Positions 1 through 9,235 of a stretch of 64,000 bases of DNA are shown piece by piece. The notes under the pieces were generated by a model, which was not told the origin of the DNA, searched no databases, and saw only the letters and a program-made list of their open reading frames with translations. A program made the translations under genes and the position numbers. This DNA comes from Promethearchaeota archaeon (GTDB taxonomy: Archaea > Asgardarchaeota > Lokiarchaeia > Sigyniarchaeales > SOKP01). How positions within the stretch are numbered: the stretch's first letter is position 1; each line of letters opens with the position of its first letter. Where the stretch lies: assembly GCA_016839705.1 (NCBI GenBank), contig JAEOTR010000032.1, positions 17,731-81,730 on the forward strand, in the 5' to 3' direction.

Positions 1-270
1 AAGATAGGAGACAATTTTACTAGTGCAGGATTTAACTGTGTTGCTCCCGGTGTGGATACTGGAGATAATTCATGGTGGTTACCAATGACAGGGGCAACAA
101 AATACAATATTTTAAAGGGTGATAATTTTTATTTTGGAACTCCTCTCAGGAAGATATTTAAGAGGAAATTAATTGAATTTCTGCAAATCACTGAAGAAGA
201 TCTCAAGAGAGCCGAAGATCTAAATAAAATCCTAAATCAAGAAAATCAGGGAGATGATTCGGTACATTGA
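1..270 (+). CDS. Membrane LbH module M1, C-terminal fragment (5' end outside window); Pls/TIGR02353-like family
   Basis: Frame 1 is open from nt 1 to TGA 268-270. KIGDNFTSAGFNCVAPG...KGDNFYFGTPLRKIFKRKLIEFLQITEEDL aligns with VKIGDNVTAAAGN...KGNNYYWGIPLRKIFRKKTMEFLDLTPKEL in the N-terminal halves of the 9236 and 14480 proteins. Confidence 0.7.
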   Translation, partial: KIGDNFTSAGFNCVAPGVDTGDNSWWLPMTGATKYNILKGDNFYFGTPLRKIFKRKLIEFLQITEEDLKRAEDLNKILNQENQGDDSVH

Positions 271-1172
271 GTGAAAAATCAAAAATTGAAGCTCCACTTG
301 ATAAAAAGAAAGATAGTACAGTTGATTATACTCTTGATTTTGTAACGAGTAGTGTGATAAGTCGAATTGGCTTAAAAGTCCTCGTTTTTTATGTACCAAT
401 ACTATGGGCTTCTGGATTCATGACATCGGCCGTCTTTTTTGATCTATCATTGTTAATCAATAATTGGATAATTACTATGTTTTTGATACCCGTATGGCTT
501 TTTATATTATATTTCATATTTGTTTTTGGTATAGCTTTATTCGCAAGAGCTTTTCTACTAATAATAAATATGATTCACAAACCTAAAGAAGGAGTTTTCA
601 AAGCTGAAAAGGGGAATAAAGACTATGAATTTTGGAGATTGAGGATAGAGTTAAAAAAATTAGTGTTTTGGTTCATGAACAATGGTCCAATGCCGTGGAT
701 AGTAATGTGGGGATTCAGATGGATGGGTGTTAAAGTAGATTTTTCAAGTCATATGAATGATGCATGGGCAGATGGAGATTTTATTGAGTTTGGGAGAAAC
801 GTTACTATTGGTCAAGGTGCTGTTGTAATGAGCTCAATGGTTGTTGGTAAATATTTAATTATTAAGAAAATTATTTTTGGAGATCATACCGTTATCGGTG
901 GTGTTTCTAATATATCTCCAGGCACAGTTATTGGAAAGGAATCAATTATAGGAGTTTTTACAACTAGTAATCCCAATCAACATATAGAGCCAGGTTGGGT
1001 ATATCTTGGTATTCCTGCGAGAAAGTATAAACCTAATAAATATATAACAGAAAGACGAGATGTGATATATCAAAAACTTGTAGAAGATGAAATTAAGTAT
1101 GAAGTTAAACAAGACGTGAATATCGAAGAAGATAAGAAAAAACTTCTGAACAATAATCAGGAGGATAATTAA
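267..1172 (+). CDS. TM-hairpin + left-handed beta-helix module M2 (Pls/TIGR02353-like)
   Basis: 301 aa. Hydrophobic helices (LKVLVFYVPILWASGFMTSAVFF, IITMFLIPVWLFILYFIFVFGIALF) are followed by the collar IHKPKEGVFKAEKGNKDYEFWRLR, hexapeptide turns FGRNVTIGQGAVVMSSMVVGKYLIIKKIIFGDHTVIGG and the cap GWVYLGIPARKY. Collinear with the C-terminal halves of the 9236/14480 proteins. The TTG start overlaps the upstream TGA, and GGGAG lies at 249-253. Confidence 0.75.
   Translation: MSEKSKIEAPLDKKKDSTVDYTLDFVTSSVISRIGLKVLVFYVPILWASGFMTSAVFFDLSLLINNWIITMFLIPVWLFILYFIFVFGIALFARAFLLIINMIHKPKEGVFKAEKGNKDYEFWRLRIELKKLVFWFMNNGPMPWIVMWGFRWMGVKVDFSSHMNDAWADGDFIEFGRNVTIGQGAVVMSSMVVGKYLIIKKIIFGDHTVIGGVSNISPGTVIGKESIIGVFTTSNPNQHIEPGWVYLGIPARKYKPNKYITERRDVIYQKLVEDEIKYEVKQDVNIEEDKKKLLNNNQEDN
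1159..1164 (+). promoter_or_regulatory. Shine-Dalgarno-like AGGAGG upstream of the 1175 ATG
   Basis: AGGAGG lies 10 nt before ATG 1175, inside the end of the preceding CDS. This suggests translational coupling. Confidence 0.5.
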
Positions 1173-1174
1173 TT

Positions 1175-2029
1175 ATGTCTGTACCCTCAAGCTTAAAGGT
1201 TGGTCCAAATACTACCCTCATTCTGGAAAAAAAGAGATATATAATTTTTTACATTTTTTTAATGTGGATTACTATTTTTACAATCCAATTTGAATTTTGG
1301 TTATATTGGATACTTTATGATTGGAAATTTATACACTTTATAATTTTTCTTCCACTCTTGATTATGATTATGTATCTAACTTCTATTCTTGTTTCATTGG
1401 TTTTTGCCAAAATCTTTTTAGTTATAGTAAACCTGATTCATACACCCCGTGAAGGCGTTTTTCTCAGGCATCGCTCAGACAAAGATTATAGATATTGGTC
1501 CCTAAGGAGTGCTATTAAGAAATGGCCCCTATGGCTCTCCCATAAATTTCCTTTTCCCTTTTTAGACAATATTTGCTTAAAAATGTTCGGGGTAAAAACT
1601 AAATTTTCTAACTCTCTCTTTGAAGGCTGGGTTGATTGTGAATTTATTGAATTTGGAAAAAATGTGGTAGTTGGTCAAAGTTCGGTAATTCAATCCTCAA
1701 TTATTGTTGGGAATTTATTTATTATAAGGAAAACGATTATTGAAGACAATGTCATAATCGGTGCCCACAGTGTGGTTATGCCCGGAACACATTTAAAACG
1801 TAATTCTATCTTAGCAACTAGTTCTCTCACAACTGTTGGTCAAGAACTAGAAGAGGGATGGATATATCTTGGCGCTCCAGCGAAAAAATACAAGGAAAAT
1901 GTTTACTTTGAAGAAGGATTAGAAGGAATAATAAGTCAGCTAAATGTGGTAAAATCTAAAGAAGAAGGGCACTCCGAAGATTTTTATACAAGGAGAAAAG
2001 ATAAAAAAGTTGAATTTGAACAATCTTGA
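1175..2029 (+). CDS. TM-hairpin + left-handed beta-helix module M3 (Pls/TIGR02353-like)
   Basis: 284 aa. Has TM helices, the collar IHTPREGVFLRHRSDKDYRYWSLRSAIKKWPLWLSHKFPFPF, LbH turns FGKNVVVGQSSVIQSSIIVGNLFIIRKTIIEDNVIIGAHSVVMPGTHL and the cap GWIYLGAPAKKY. Closest paralog is the 16351-17259 product. Confidence 0.8.
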   Translation: MSVPSSLKVGPNTTLILEKKRYIIFYIFLMWITIFTIQFEFWLYWILYDWKFIHFIIFLPLLIMIMYLTSILVSLVFAKIFLVIVNLIHTPREGVFLRHRSDKDYRYWSLRSAIKKWPLWLSHKFPFPFLDNICLKMFGVKTKFSNSLFEGWVDCEFIEFGKNVVVGQSSVIQSSIIVGNLFIIRKTIIEDNVIIGAHSVVMPGTHLKRNSILATSSLTTVGQELEEGWIYLGAPAKKYKENVYFEEGLEGIISQLNVVKSKEEGHSEDFYTRRKDKKVEFEQS

Positions 2030-2087
2030 AACAGACTTTTTTCGAATTACTTAGAATTTTAGAATAATCTCAAAATAAACGATTGAA

Positions 2088-2885
2088 ATGAAAAAAGTAG
2101 GTTATGTCCAAACAGCTCCTATTTTCGGAGATAAGGAAAAAAACTTTAATCAAATTGAAAACCTATTAGTTAATGTAAAAGCAGATTTACTTGTTTTACC
2201 AGAATTATTTGCCACAGGTTATACATTCATATCAAAGGAGGAAGCAATATCTTTCGCAGAAACATCAAATGAAAAAACGTCTCAATTCCTTAAAAAAATC
2301 TCTAAAATGACCGGTGCTGTAATAGTAGGAGGATATATCGAACAAGCCGAAAATGAGATTTATAATTCTGCCATGATTGTCTCAAATGATCGAGTTGTTG
2401 ATTCATATCGCAAAATACATCTTTATTATAAGGAAAAATTGTGGTTTTCTTCAGGAGATAAACCATTTAAAGTGTATGAGGTAAATGATATAAAAATAGG
2501 TGTTATGATATGTTTTGATTGGATTTTTCCTGAAACAGTACGAACTCTTGCCTTACTAGGAGCAGATATTATAGCCCATCCCGCCAACTTGGTGCTTCCC
2601 TATTGTCAAAATGCTATGATCACGAGATCTTTAGAAAATCGAGTTTTTTCGATAACTTCAAATAGAATTGGGGAAGAAAATAGGGGAGAGGATCATTTTC
2701 AATTTACGGGTCAAAGCCAAATAATTTCTATTCATGGAGAGAATTTATCTTTAGCTCCTAAGGATGAAATTTTTATAGAATTAGTTGATATAGACATTAA
2801 GAAGGCAAGAGATAAAAAACTGAATGAGTATAATAATTTGTTTAAAGATCGACGCCAAGATTTCTATTATCAAAATGATAATTGA
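2088..2885 (+). CDS. Carbon-nitrogen hydrolase (nitrilase superfamily amidase)
   Basis: 265 aa. E-K-C triad context: LLVLPELF (Glu), YRKIHLY (Lys), VMICFDWIFPE (Cys). Typical length and order. Confidence 0.85.
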   Translation: MKKVGYVQTAPIFGDKEKNFNQIENLLVNVKADLLVLPELFATGYTFISKEEAISFAETSNEKTSQFLKKISKMTGAVIVGGYIEQAENEIYNSAMIVSNDRVVDSYRKIHLYYKEKLWFSSGDKPFKVYEVNDIKIGVMICFDWIFPETVRTLALLGADIIAHPANLVLPYCQNAMITRSLENRVFSITSNRIGEENRGEDHFQFTGQSQIISIHGENLSLAPKDEIFIELVDIDIKKARDKKLNEYNNLFKDRRQDFYYQNDN

Positions 2886-2902
2886 TAATTAGTTATTCTA
2901 TT

Positions 2903-3805
2903 ATGAAAGTTGGATATCCTTGTATAAATTTAAGCTTAAATTGCAGGAGTAGTAGAAAATTTCGTTTGAAGAATTATTCAGAAAATAGGCTGATTGATAC
3001 TATTCAAAATAATTTGCTGTGTTTGAAAAAAATTTTAGAGTTTAATTACGAAAATAAAATATTATTCTTTCGGATAACTTCTGATTTGATTCCTTTTGGA
3101 TCTCATCCTATTATGACTTTTAACTGGCAAGAGTATTTTAAATCAGAGTTTAGAGAAATTGGGTTATATATCAGAAAGAAAAACATGAGAATAACAATGC
3201 ATCCTGGCCAATACACTGTTCTTAATTCTAAGAATCAAAGAGTTGTCGAAAATAGTATAAAAGAACTTCAATATCATACTAAAATTCTGGAAGCCATTGG
3301 ATTAGACTCTACTGCTAAAATAATTACACATGTTGGAGGTGTTTATGGGGATAAGAAAACCAGTATTCTAAGATTTATTGAGAGATATAAAAAACTTAAT
3401 GAAAATATAAAAAACTATTATGTTATTGAAAACGATGATAAAAGTTATAACGTAAATGATACGCTAGTCATTAATAGATCTACAGAAATACCAATTATCT
3501 TTGACTCTTACCATCATCACTGTTATAATTTAGGAGCTACAACTGAAGAAGCAATCAAAAAGGTATTTATGATATGGAAAGAAAAAGATGGATTACCAAT
3601 AATACATTATAGTTCCGAACATCCTCTTAAGGGTAAATGTAAACATGCAGAAGAACTTGATATGACAGATTTTAGAAATTTTATAAAAAAGACAAATAAA
3701 TATAATTTTGATATCATGTTAGAGATTAAAAATAAAGAGAAAAGCGCTATCTCTGCTATAGAATATTTAATGAAAGATATACGATTTAATCAAAATAGAA
3801 TATGA
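2903..3805 (+). CDS. uvdE: UV damage endonuclease UvdE
   Basis: MKVGYPCINLSL..., FFRITSDLIPFGSHP, MHPGQY, ITHVGG and DSYHH fit the UvdE TIM-barrel family. The ORF is also open from TTG 2882. ATG 2903 is preferred because homologs start at M-x-x-GY. Confidence 0.8.
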   Translation: MKVGYPCINLSLNCRSSRKFRLKNYSENRLIDTIQNNLLCLKKILEFNYENKILFFRITSDLIPFGSHPIMTFNWQEYFKSEFREIGLYIRKKNMRITMHPGQYTVLNSKNQRVVENSIKELQYHTKILEAIGLDSTAKIITHVGGVYGDKKTSILRFIERYKKLNENIKNYYVIENDDKSYNVNDTLVINRSTEIPIIFDSYHHHCYNLGATTEEAIKKVFMIWKEKDGLPIIHYSSEHPLKGKCKHAEELDMTDFRNFIKKTNKYNFDIMLEIKNKEKSAISAIEYLMKDIRFNQNRI

Positions 3806-3834
3806 TTATATAAAATTTTAAATTATTGATATCT

Positions 3835-4305
3835 ATGAAGGTAAAAAAATTAGCACATATGAGCGAAAGAGAAATAAACACAACAATTAATTCTCATAAC
3901 TTATGTAGAATTGCATTTATTGATGGCGAGTATCCTTATATCTCTCCTTTTCAATATGCTTATATAAATAATGAATTGTATTTCCATTTTACTGATTATG
4001 GTAAAAAAAAGGAAATTCTTTTAAAAAATCAGAACGTATGTGTTTCGATTGAAAATTTTAAGTCTGATTTAAGCAGTTACTTCTTTATTTCGATACAAGG
4101 AAAATTAGAATTGGTGGAAGATGCTGTGCTTAAAAGTAAAACATTGAACCAAATGGCAGAATTAGCTCGAAAAAAATATTCAAAAAATTTTCTATTAGCT
4201 CATGGATTTGACAAAGAAGAAGAATGGGATATTTTAACCTCAAAGAATCAAACTATCTATAAGCTTAAAGTCTTCAATAATCCAATTGGTCTTAAATCTT
4301 CTTAA
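3835..4305 (+). CDS. Pyridoxamine 5'-phosphate oxidase-like FMN-binding protein
   Basis: EINTTINSHNLCRIAFIDGEYPYISPFQYAYINNELYFHFTDYGKKKEIL...VCVSIE matches the PNPOx-like split-barrel pattern. TTG 3826 is an alternative start. Confidence 0.65.
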   Translation: MKVKKLAHMSEREINTTINSHNLCRIAFIDGEYPYISPFQYAYINNELYFHFTDYGKKKEILLKNQNVCVSIENFKSDLSSYFFISIQGKLELVEDAVLKSKTLNQMAELARKKYSKNFLLAHGFDKEEEWDILTSKNQTIYKLKVFNNPIGLKSS

Positions 4306-4437
4306 AAAAGAAAATTGCACTTTAAAATTTGATAATTGAGATTATATAGATCCTTTATATTTTAAACAAATAAGAAATAAATAATGATCTAATATAATTT
4401 CATTTAATTCTAATTGATATTTTTAAAATAAAAAAAA

Positions 4438-4836
4438 GTGAGTATTATTAATTGGGTAGCTGTTATAGTTGTGGGTTTAATTTATTTTGCGATACATTTT
4501 TTCTGGTATTTTCCCTTTGCTTTCGGTAATATGTGGTTAAAATTGGTAGGAAAGGAAAGTGAACCTAAATCCAAGATCATACGAGACACAATAATTATGA
4601 TACCAACTAGCATTATAACTGTTTTAGTCATCGCATATATGATAGAGGTAACAGGAATGACTGATATTGGTTCGGCAACGCTTTTGAGTTTAATTTTATG
4701 GGTAGGATTTGTGGCTACAATTGGTATCAATCAAAATAACTTCAATGATAGAGGTATAAAACTCTTTCTTCTGGAATATGGATTTTATTTAATAGGTTTT
4801 CTTATCGCAGGAATCATATTGGCAGCTTGGCCATGA
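4438..4836 (+). CDS. DUF1761-like small membrane protein
   Basis: 132 aa, 4 predicted TM helices. The N-terminus INWVAVIVVGLIYFAIHFFWYFPFAFGNMWLKLVGK resembles DUF1761. Confidence 0.5.
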   Translation: MSIINWVAVIVVGLIYFAIHFFWYFPFAFGNMWLKLVGKESEPKSKIIRDTIIMIPTSIITVLVIAYMIEVTGMTDIGSATLLSLILWVGFVATIGINQNNFNDRGIKLFLLEYGFYLIGFLIAGIILAAWP

Positions 4837-4879
4837 ATTTCAAATCAAACTTTATAATTAAAAAATATCTTTCTTTTTT

Positions 4880-6529
4880 TTATGTTGTTAGACTTTCAAC
4901 AACATATAAAGGCCATTTTTTGAGAATACCTTTTGATATTATTCCTTTTCTAACTTTCTCGAGCATTTCTTTTCGAGTGGCTAAAAAATCAATAGGAGTT
5001 TTATCGATTGGTATAATTTCAATATGGTTATTTAAAATACTTTTTTTGAAAGCTTCATCGTTAATGCACTTAGACAATAATTCCTTGTTTTTTGATAAAT
5101 TTAAACATCCCTTTTTTCCATTTGATGGAATTAACAATTTTAGTTTATCCTTACCGTCAATATTATCTTTAATTAATAGTAGCGAATCAATGTCTACATT
5201 ACAATTCCGATTTATGCAATAAATTAAACCACGAGGATTATAAATATCAAAACTATCGAAGTTAAAGAATTCACCTACATAAACATGGTATTTTGAAGGA
5301 ATTGGGATTTCTGGAATAATATGTATCGGGTACTTTAATTGAAAGTTTGAGCGAAGAATTTTACCTTCAATTTGGGGAAGGGCTTCTGAATCAACCACAT
5401 TTATGATATCTCCTATGTCTATATTACAAAAAACATTGGAATTGTTTAAACGTGAAATCAGCAAATTACCAATTTTTGATTCAGTTCGAGAAATTAATTG
5501 GAATTTTCCGTTACTCTCAATTGCAGGCAGTGTTAAGGGAAATACATATAGATTTCCCGTTCTTGAGAATTCATACCCATTTTTCGTAATACTTGCCGCA
5601 AAAGGTCCTGTCTCCGAGGCAACATATAAATTTATGAATTTTTCTTCTCCTCTTTTCCAATTCATAAATTTTCGAATTAAATCCCAATCCTTTTCTGATA
5701 GAGAACTAATACTAAATACGATAGTGGCTTGAGAGAATTTTTTCGAAAGTAATTCTTGAATTTCATACGTTGCCGTTTTTATTCCCTTATTCTTTATTAT
5801 TAAGAGAAGTTTTTCTAAAATGGGATCTTCATTATCTTTAATAGATTTCATAGTTTCTTGTATTCCACGTTGTAATTTTGCAATATCCGCCCACCCTAAT
5901 ACAGTAATAGCTGGAGCAGAAATCGTAGAGATTTTTTCTAGTGATAAGAGCTTAGCAATGACATCCAACCTTTTAGAATCTTTATATTCAAAAAATCTAT
6001 ATGACTCTGGTTTAATAATTGATAACATTACTCTTTGGGAAAATTCTGAAGAATAAAGAGAAATGTATTTTTTATCTTCATAAGTTTTTAAACCATCAAT
6101 ATTCAATCTCGAAGGAACAAAAATAACTACACTCGAGTGAGTGCTCAACCCACCCGACTCAAAAATGGCTTGCATTCCAGGGGCCCAATAATGTTTAACG
6201 ACCCAATCTGACATAGGAAACCATTTCAGTGCTGAAATTTTTGAGTTAGTTGTTCCAGAGCTATGGCATAATATTATTGGTTTCGATCCCTGAAAATTTG
6301 CTAGAAAATTATTAATATTTATTGCGAGGGCTTTTGAATCCGTCTTTTCTTTAGTAATTCTTTCAAGAATGTCGCTAATAGATGATAAACCTGAATTTTT
6401 AAGGGTAAGTTCTTCGTATTCTTCTTTCGATGAAATATCTAGCCATTTCTTCCAATTTATAGATGGTATATCAAAAAATTGTTTATTAAATATTTTTTGA
6501 ATTTCTATATCAAAATCATATGCTCTCAA
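4880..6529 (-). CDS. GH3-like adenylate-forming acyl-acid amido synthetase (ANL-related)
   Basis: 549 aa. HSSGTTNSKISALKWFP (GH3 motif 1-like SSGTT..K..P), LYVASETGPF (YxSSE-like motif 2), IDIGDIINV (GD motif 3). Confidence 0.55.
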   Translation of the reverse strand: MRAYDFDIEIQKIFNKQFFDIPSINWKKWLDISSKEEYEELTLKNSGLSSISDILERITKEKTDSKALAININNFLANFQGSKPIILCHSSGTTNSKISALKWFPMSDWVVKHYWAPGMQAIFESGGLSTHSSVVIFVPSRLNIDGLKTYEDKKYISLYSSEFSQRVMLSIIKPESYRFFEYKDSKRLDVIAKLLSLEKISTISAPAITVLGWADIAKLQRGIQETMKSIKDNEDPILEKLLLIIKNKGIKTATYEIQELLSKKFSQATIVFSISSLSEKDWDLIRKFMNWKRGEEKFINLYVASETGPFAASITKNGYEFSRTGNLYVFPLTLPAIESNGKFQLISRTESKIGNLLISRLNNSNVFCNIDIGDIINVVDSEALPQIEGKILRSNFQLKYPIHIIPEIPIPSKYHVYVGEFFNFDSFDIYNPRGLIYCINRNCNVDIDSLLLIKDNIDGKDKLKLLIPSNGKKGCLNLSKNKELLSKCINDEAFKKSILNNHIEIIPIDKTPIDFLATRKEMLEKVRKGIISKGILKKWPLYVVESLTT

Positions 6530-6629
6530 TACATCTATTGATTACGTATTTATTTAAGATAAAGATTATCAAAATGAATTTTTAATTCAAAAATATTTTG
6601 TATATAATAATATACTAATATATTCCCAT

Positions 6630-7175
6630 TTATGGCGTGATTAAGGAACTCTTTGTCTTACTATATAATTCTCTTATTAGAGATTTGAATGCGTCTTCAA
6701 CATTCTGACCCGTTTTCGCTGATGTATGGTAAAATCCTGTAAAATTATTTTTTTGAACAAATTTTATGATCTTTTCATCAGTTAATCTATTATCATCAAC
6801 CAAATCAACCTTATTTCCGAAAAGTGCAACAGGAATGTCTCCACAAAATTTCTTAATTTCTTTGAGCCATTGCGCAGCATGTTTAAAACTATCTTTTCCA
6901 AATTTGTTTTCCTCTATGGAGAACACAATTATAGATGCCACGCTTGACCTATAAAATGCAGGTCGTAGAAAATGAAATTCATCTTGACCAGCTATATCCC
7001 AAAAAACTAATTCACAAAGATCACCCTCAATTTCTTCCTCATATTTAGAAAATTGTGCTCCTATAGTCTTAATGTATTCCTTCTGAAAACTTCCTTGAGT
7101 GAATTTTTTTATTAAGGATGTTTTTCCTACGAAACCATCCCCAATTACAGTAATTTTAAATTTGAATTTATTCAT
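6630..7175 (-). CDS. Rab/Ras-family small GTPase
   Basis: 181 aa with all G boxes: GDGFVGKTS (G1), T in YIKTIG (G2), WDIAGQDEF (G3), GNKVDL (G4), TSAK (G5). No C-terminal Cys prenylation motif. Confidence 0.9.
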   Translation of the reverse strand: MNKFKFKITVIGDGFVGKTSLIKKFTQGSFQKEYIKTIGAQFSKYEEEIEGDLCELVFWDIAGQDEFHFLRPAFYRSSVASIIVFSIEENKFGKDSFKHAAQWLKEIKKFCGDIPVALFGNKVDLVDDNRLTDEKIIKFVQKNNFTGFYHTSAKTGQNVEDAFKSLIRELYSKTKSSLITP

Positions 7176-7297
7176 TAAATCACTTTTTAAATAGATCTAT
7201 ATCCTACTTATAAATATCAATTGAAGTTTAATAAAAAACTTTTCACTGTAAAATTTAAAAAAAAGTAGTATAATTAGTTTTTTAGAGGTAAATTAGT

Positions 7298-8086
7298 ATG
7301 GTTGCGATAAAGGAAAGTAGAATGGAAGTATTATTTGGATTTTTTGGGGCTTTATTCATTTTAGTTATGTTAATAATCTCAATAATTCTTTCTCCAGGAT
7401 ATTCCCCTTTAACAAGTACTATAAGTACACTTGGAGAAAGAGAAGCAAAAACGTTGTTTAGCATTGGATTTGTTGTAGCGGGTTCATTATTAATCCCTTT
7501 TTATATCTATCTGAAAAATGAATTAGTTTATCTGAAAAACCGTCTTAGAAAAATAGCGACAGGTGTAGCTATTTTTTCCAACATGTGTATTGCTTTAGTG
7601 GGAATAATTCCTGATAAGGATTACCCCGGTGCTTTTCTTGCGTTTCATGCATTTGTAGCGGGTGTGAGTTTTATAGGAACCTCTATTTATATTGTGTTAT
7701 ATAGCCTTTTAATGTACTTAGGTCCAAAGTCTACCATGTATAAGGGTCCACAATTTAAAAAATATCTTTCTTACTATGGCTTTTTTGTAGGAATAGTATT
7801 TGTAGTGTGGTTAACCAACCCGATAAATCCACCTTTAGAATGGGCAGTAGCAATACTCATACTTATTTGGATTTTAATTACGGCATTACAGTGTCTTTCA
7901 TTTAAATTTTCTAAAATCCCGGGGGTATATTATAAACGATCTCAATATCCTGAAAAAATAAAACTGTTTAAAGACGCGATCCATGTTTTAGAGAATCTAG
8001 AAATGGGAGATGAGCCAATTTTGGACACATTAAAAGACAATATTGAATATATCGAAAGTCAAATGGAAAAAAACCAAAACAAATGA
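7298..8086 (+). CDS. DUF998-like polytopic membrane protein
   Basis: 262 aa with about 6 TM helices. GYSPLTSTISTLGE resembles the DUF998 signature. Confidence 0.45.
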   Translation: MVAIKESRMEVLFGFFGALFILVMLIISIILSPGYSPLTSTISTLGEREAKTLFSIGFVVAGSLLIPFYIYLKNELVYLKNRLRKIATGVAIFSNMCIALVGIIPDKDYPGAFLAFHAFVAGVSFIGTSIYIVLYSLLMYLGPKSTMYKGPQFKKYLSYYGFFVGIVFVVWLTNPINPPLEWAVAILILIWILITALQCLSFKFSKIPGVYYKRSQYPEKIKLFKDAIHVLENLEMGDEPILDTLKDNIEYIESQMEKNQNK

Positions 8087-9090
8087 AAGCGGCAGTATTT
8101 GATGGAGAAGAATTGGAAATAAAAACTGTGGCAGATCCTAGAATATCAGATACAAAAGTATTAATTAACGTTAAAAGCGTTGGATTATGTGGAACCGATA
8201 TAGCTATAATTAAAAAATCTTTACCTAGTCCAACACCTATAATTTTAGGGCATGAATTTGCAGGTGATGTAGTAAAGATAGGAGATAATGTTGATCCAAA
8301 ATGGCTTAATAAAAGAGTGACGTCTGAAATAAATACTAATATTGATTTTAGCTGTTTCTACTGCAAAAAGGGGAAATATACTCAATGCGTATCAAGAAAA
8401 GCATTAGGGATAGATATTGATGGGGCCTTAGCTGAATATATAGCATTGGAATCATATTTACTTCATGAAATCCCAGATTCAATCTCATATGATGATGCCA
8501 CATTCATCGAACCATTAGCAGCAGCATATCAAATATTCGAAACAATGCCATTGGATGCAAATGATAAAGTGATGGCTATATTTGGGCTTGGGAAATTAGG
8601 ATTGCTAATTACACAAATAGCATTGCTTAAAGGTCTAAAATTAATTGTTGTTGATAGTTCTCATAAAAAACTAAAATTAGCAAAAAAACTTGGTGCGCAA
8701 AAAGTACTTAACAGATTTGATGGTCCTTACGTTCCTGATTGGATAAAAAGTCTTACAAGGGGGCTAGGTGCTGATATAACTATAGACGCAACAGGCAACC
8801 CTCTAGCAATAAAAGATGTAATTGCTTCATGTAGAACCCTTGGAAAAGTACATTTAAAAAGTACGCATGGTCTTGACACTTCTATTAATTTAACTGATGC
8901 CATTGTGCGCGAGTTAACGCTCTATACTAGTAGATGTGGACCATTTGATAAAGCTATACAAGGATTAAAAGATGGAACGATTGATGTTGAAAAATTGATT
9001 TCTAAAAAATATCCATTAAAGGACATTGATAAAGCTATAGATTTTAATAATATCTCCCAAGACCATATTAAAACAATTATTCATATATAA
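8083..9090 (+). CDS. Zinc-dependent medium-chain dehydrogenase/reductase (threonine/sorbitol dehydrogenase-like)
   Basis: GLCGTDIAI and GHEFAGDVVKIG (catalytic Zn), CFYCKKGKYTQC (structural Zn), GLGKLGLL Rossmann motif. ATGA overlap with the upstream stop. Confidence 0.85.
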   Translation: MKAAVFDGEELEIKTVADPRISDTKVLINVKSVGLCGTDIAIIKKSLPSPTPIILGHEFAGDVVKIGDNVDPKWLNKRVTSEINTNIDFSCFYCKKGKYTQCVSRKALGIDIDGALAEYIALESYLLHEIPDSISYDDATFIEPLAAAYQIFETMPLDANDKVMAIFGLGKLGLLITQIALLKGLKLIVVDSSHKKLKLAKKLGAQKVLNRFDGPYVPDWIKSLTRGLGADITIDATGNPLAIKDVIASCRTLGKVHLKSTHGLDTSINLTDAIVRELTLYTSRCGPFDKAIQGLKDGTIDVEKLISKKYPLKDIDKAIDFNNISQDHIKTIIHI

Positions 9091-9235
9091 TCCTGATAAA
9101 TTCATAATCTTAGACTAAATTCTTTATATCTATTTATCTTTAAAAATTCTAAACATTGAATTTTTTAGAAAAAGAAACTTAATTATTATATATAATTTTA
9201 AAATCTTTAATTAGTGCTTTCGAGAAAACACAATT

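Noticed and set aside
268-270. TGA at the M1/M2 junction of the first LbH locus, considered as read-through or Sec.
   Set aside because: M2 continues in a different reading frame, and the frame after the TGA encodes non-homologous sequence that ends at 340-342.
4482-6056. Track ORFs 4482-4730(-), 4827-5222(+), 5403-5732(+) and 5820-6056(+) overlap DUF1761 and the GH3-like gene.
   Set aside because: They are antisense or shadow frames of longer motif-bearing CDS. Their translations are Ile/Phe/Ser/Leu-rich, low-complexity sequences typical of AT-rich shadow ORFs.
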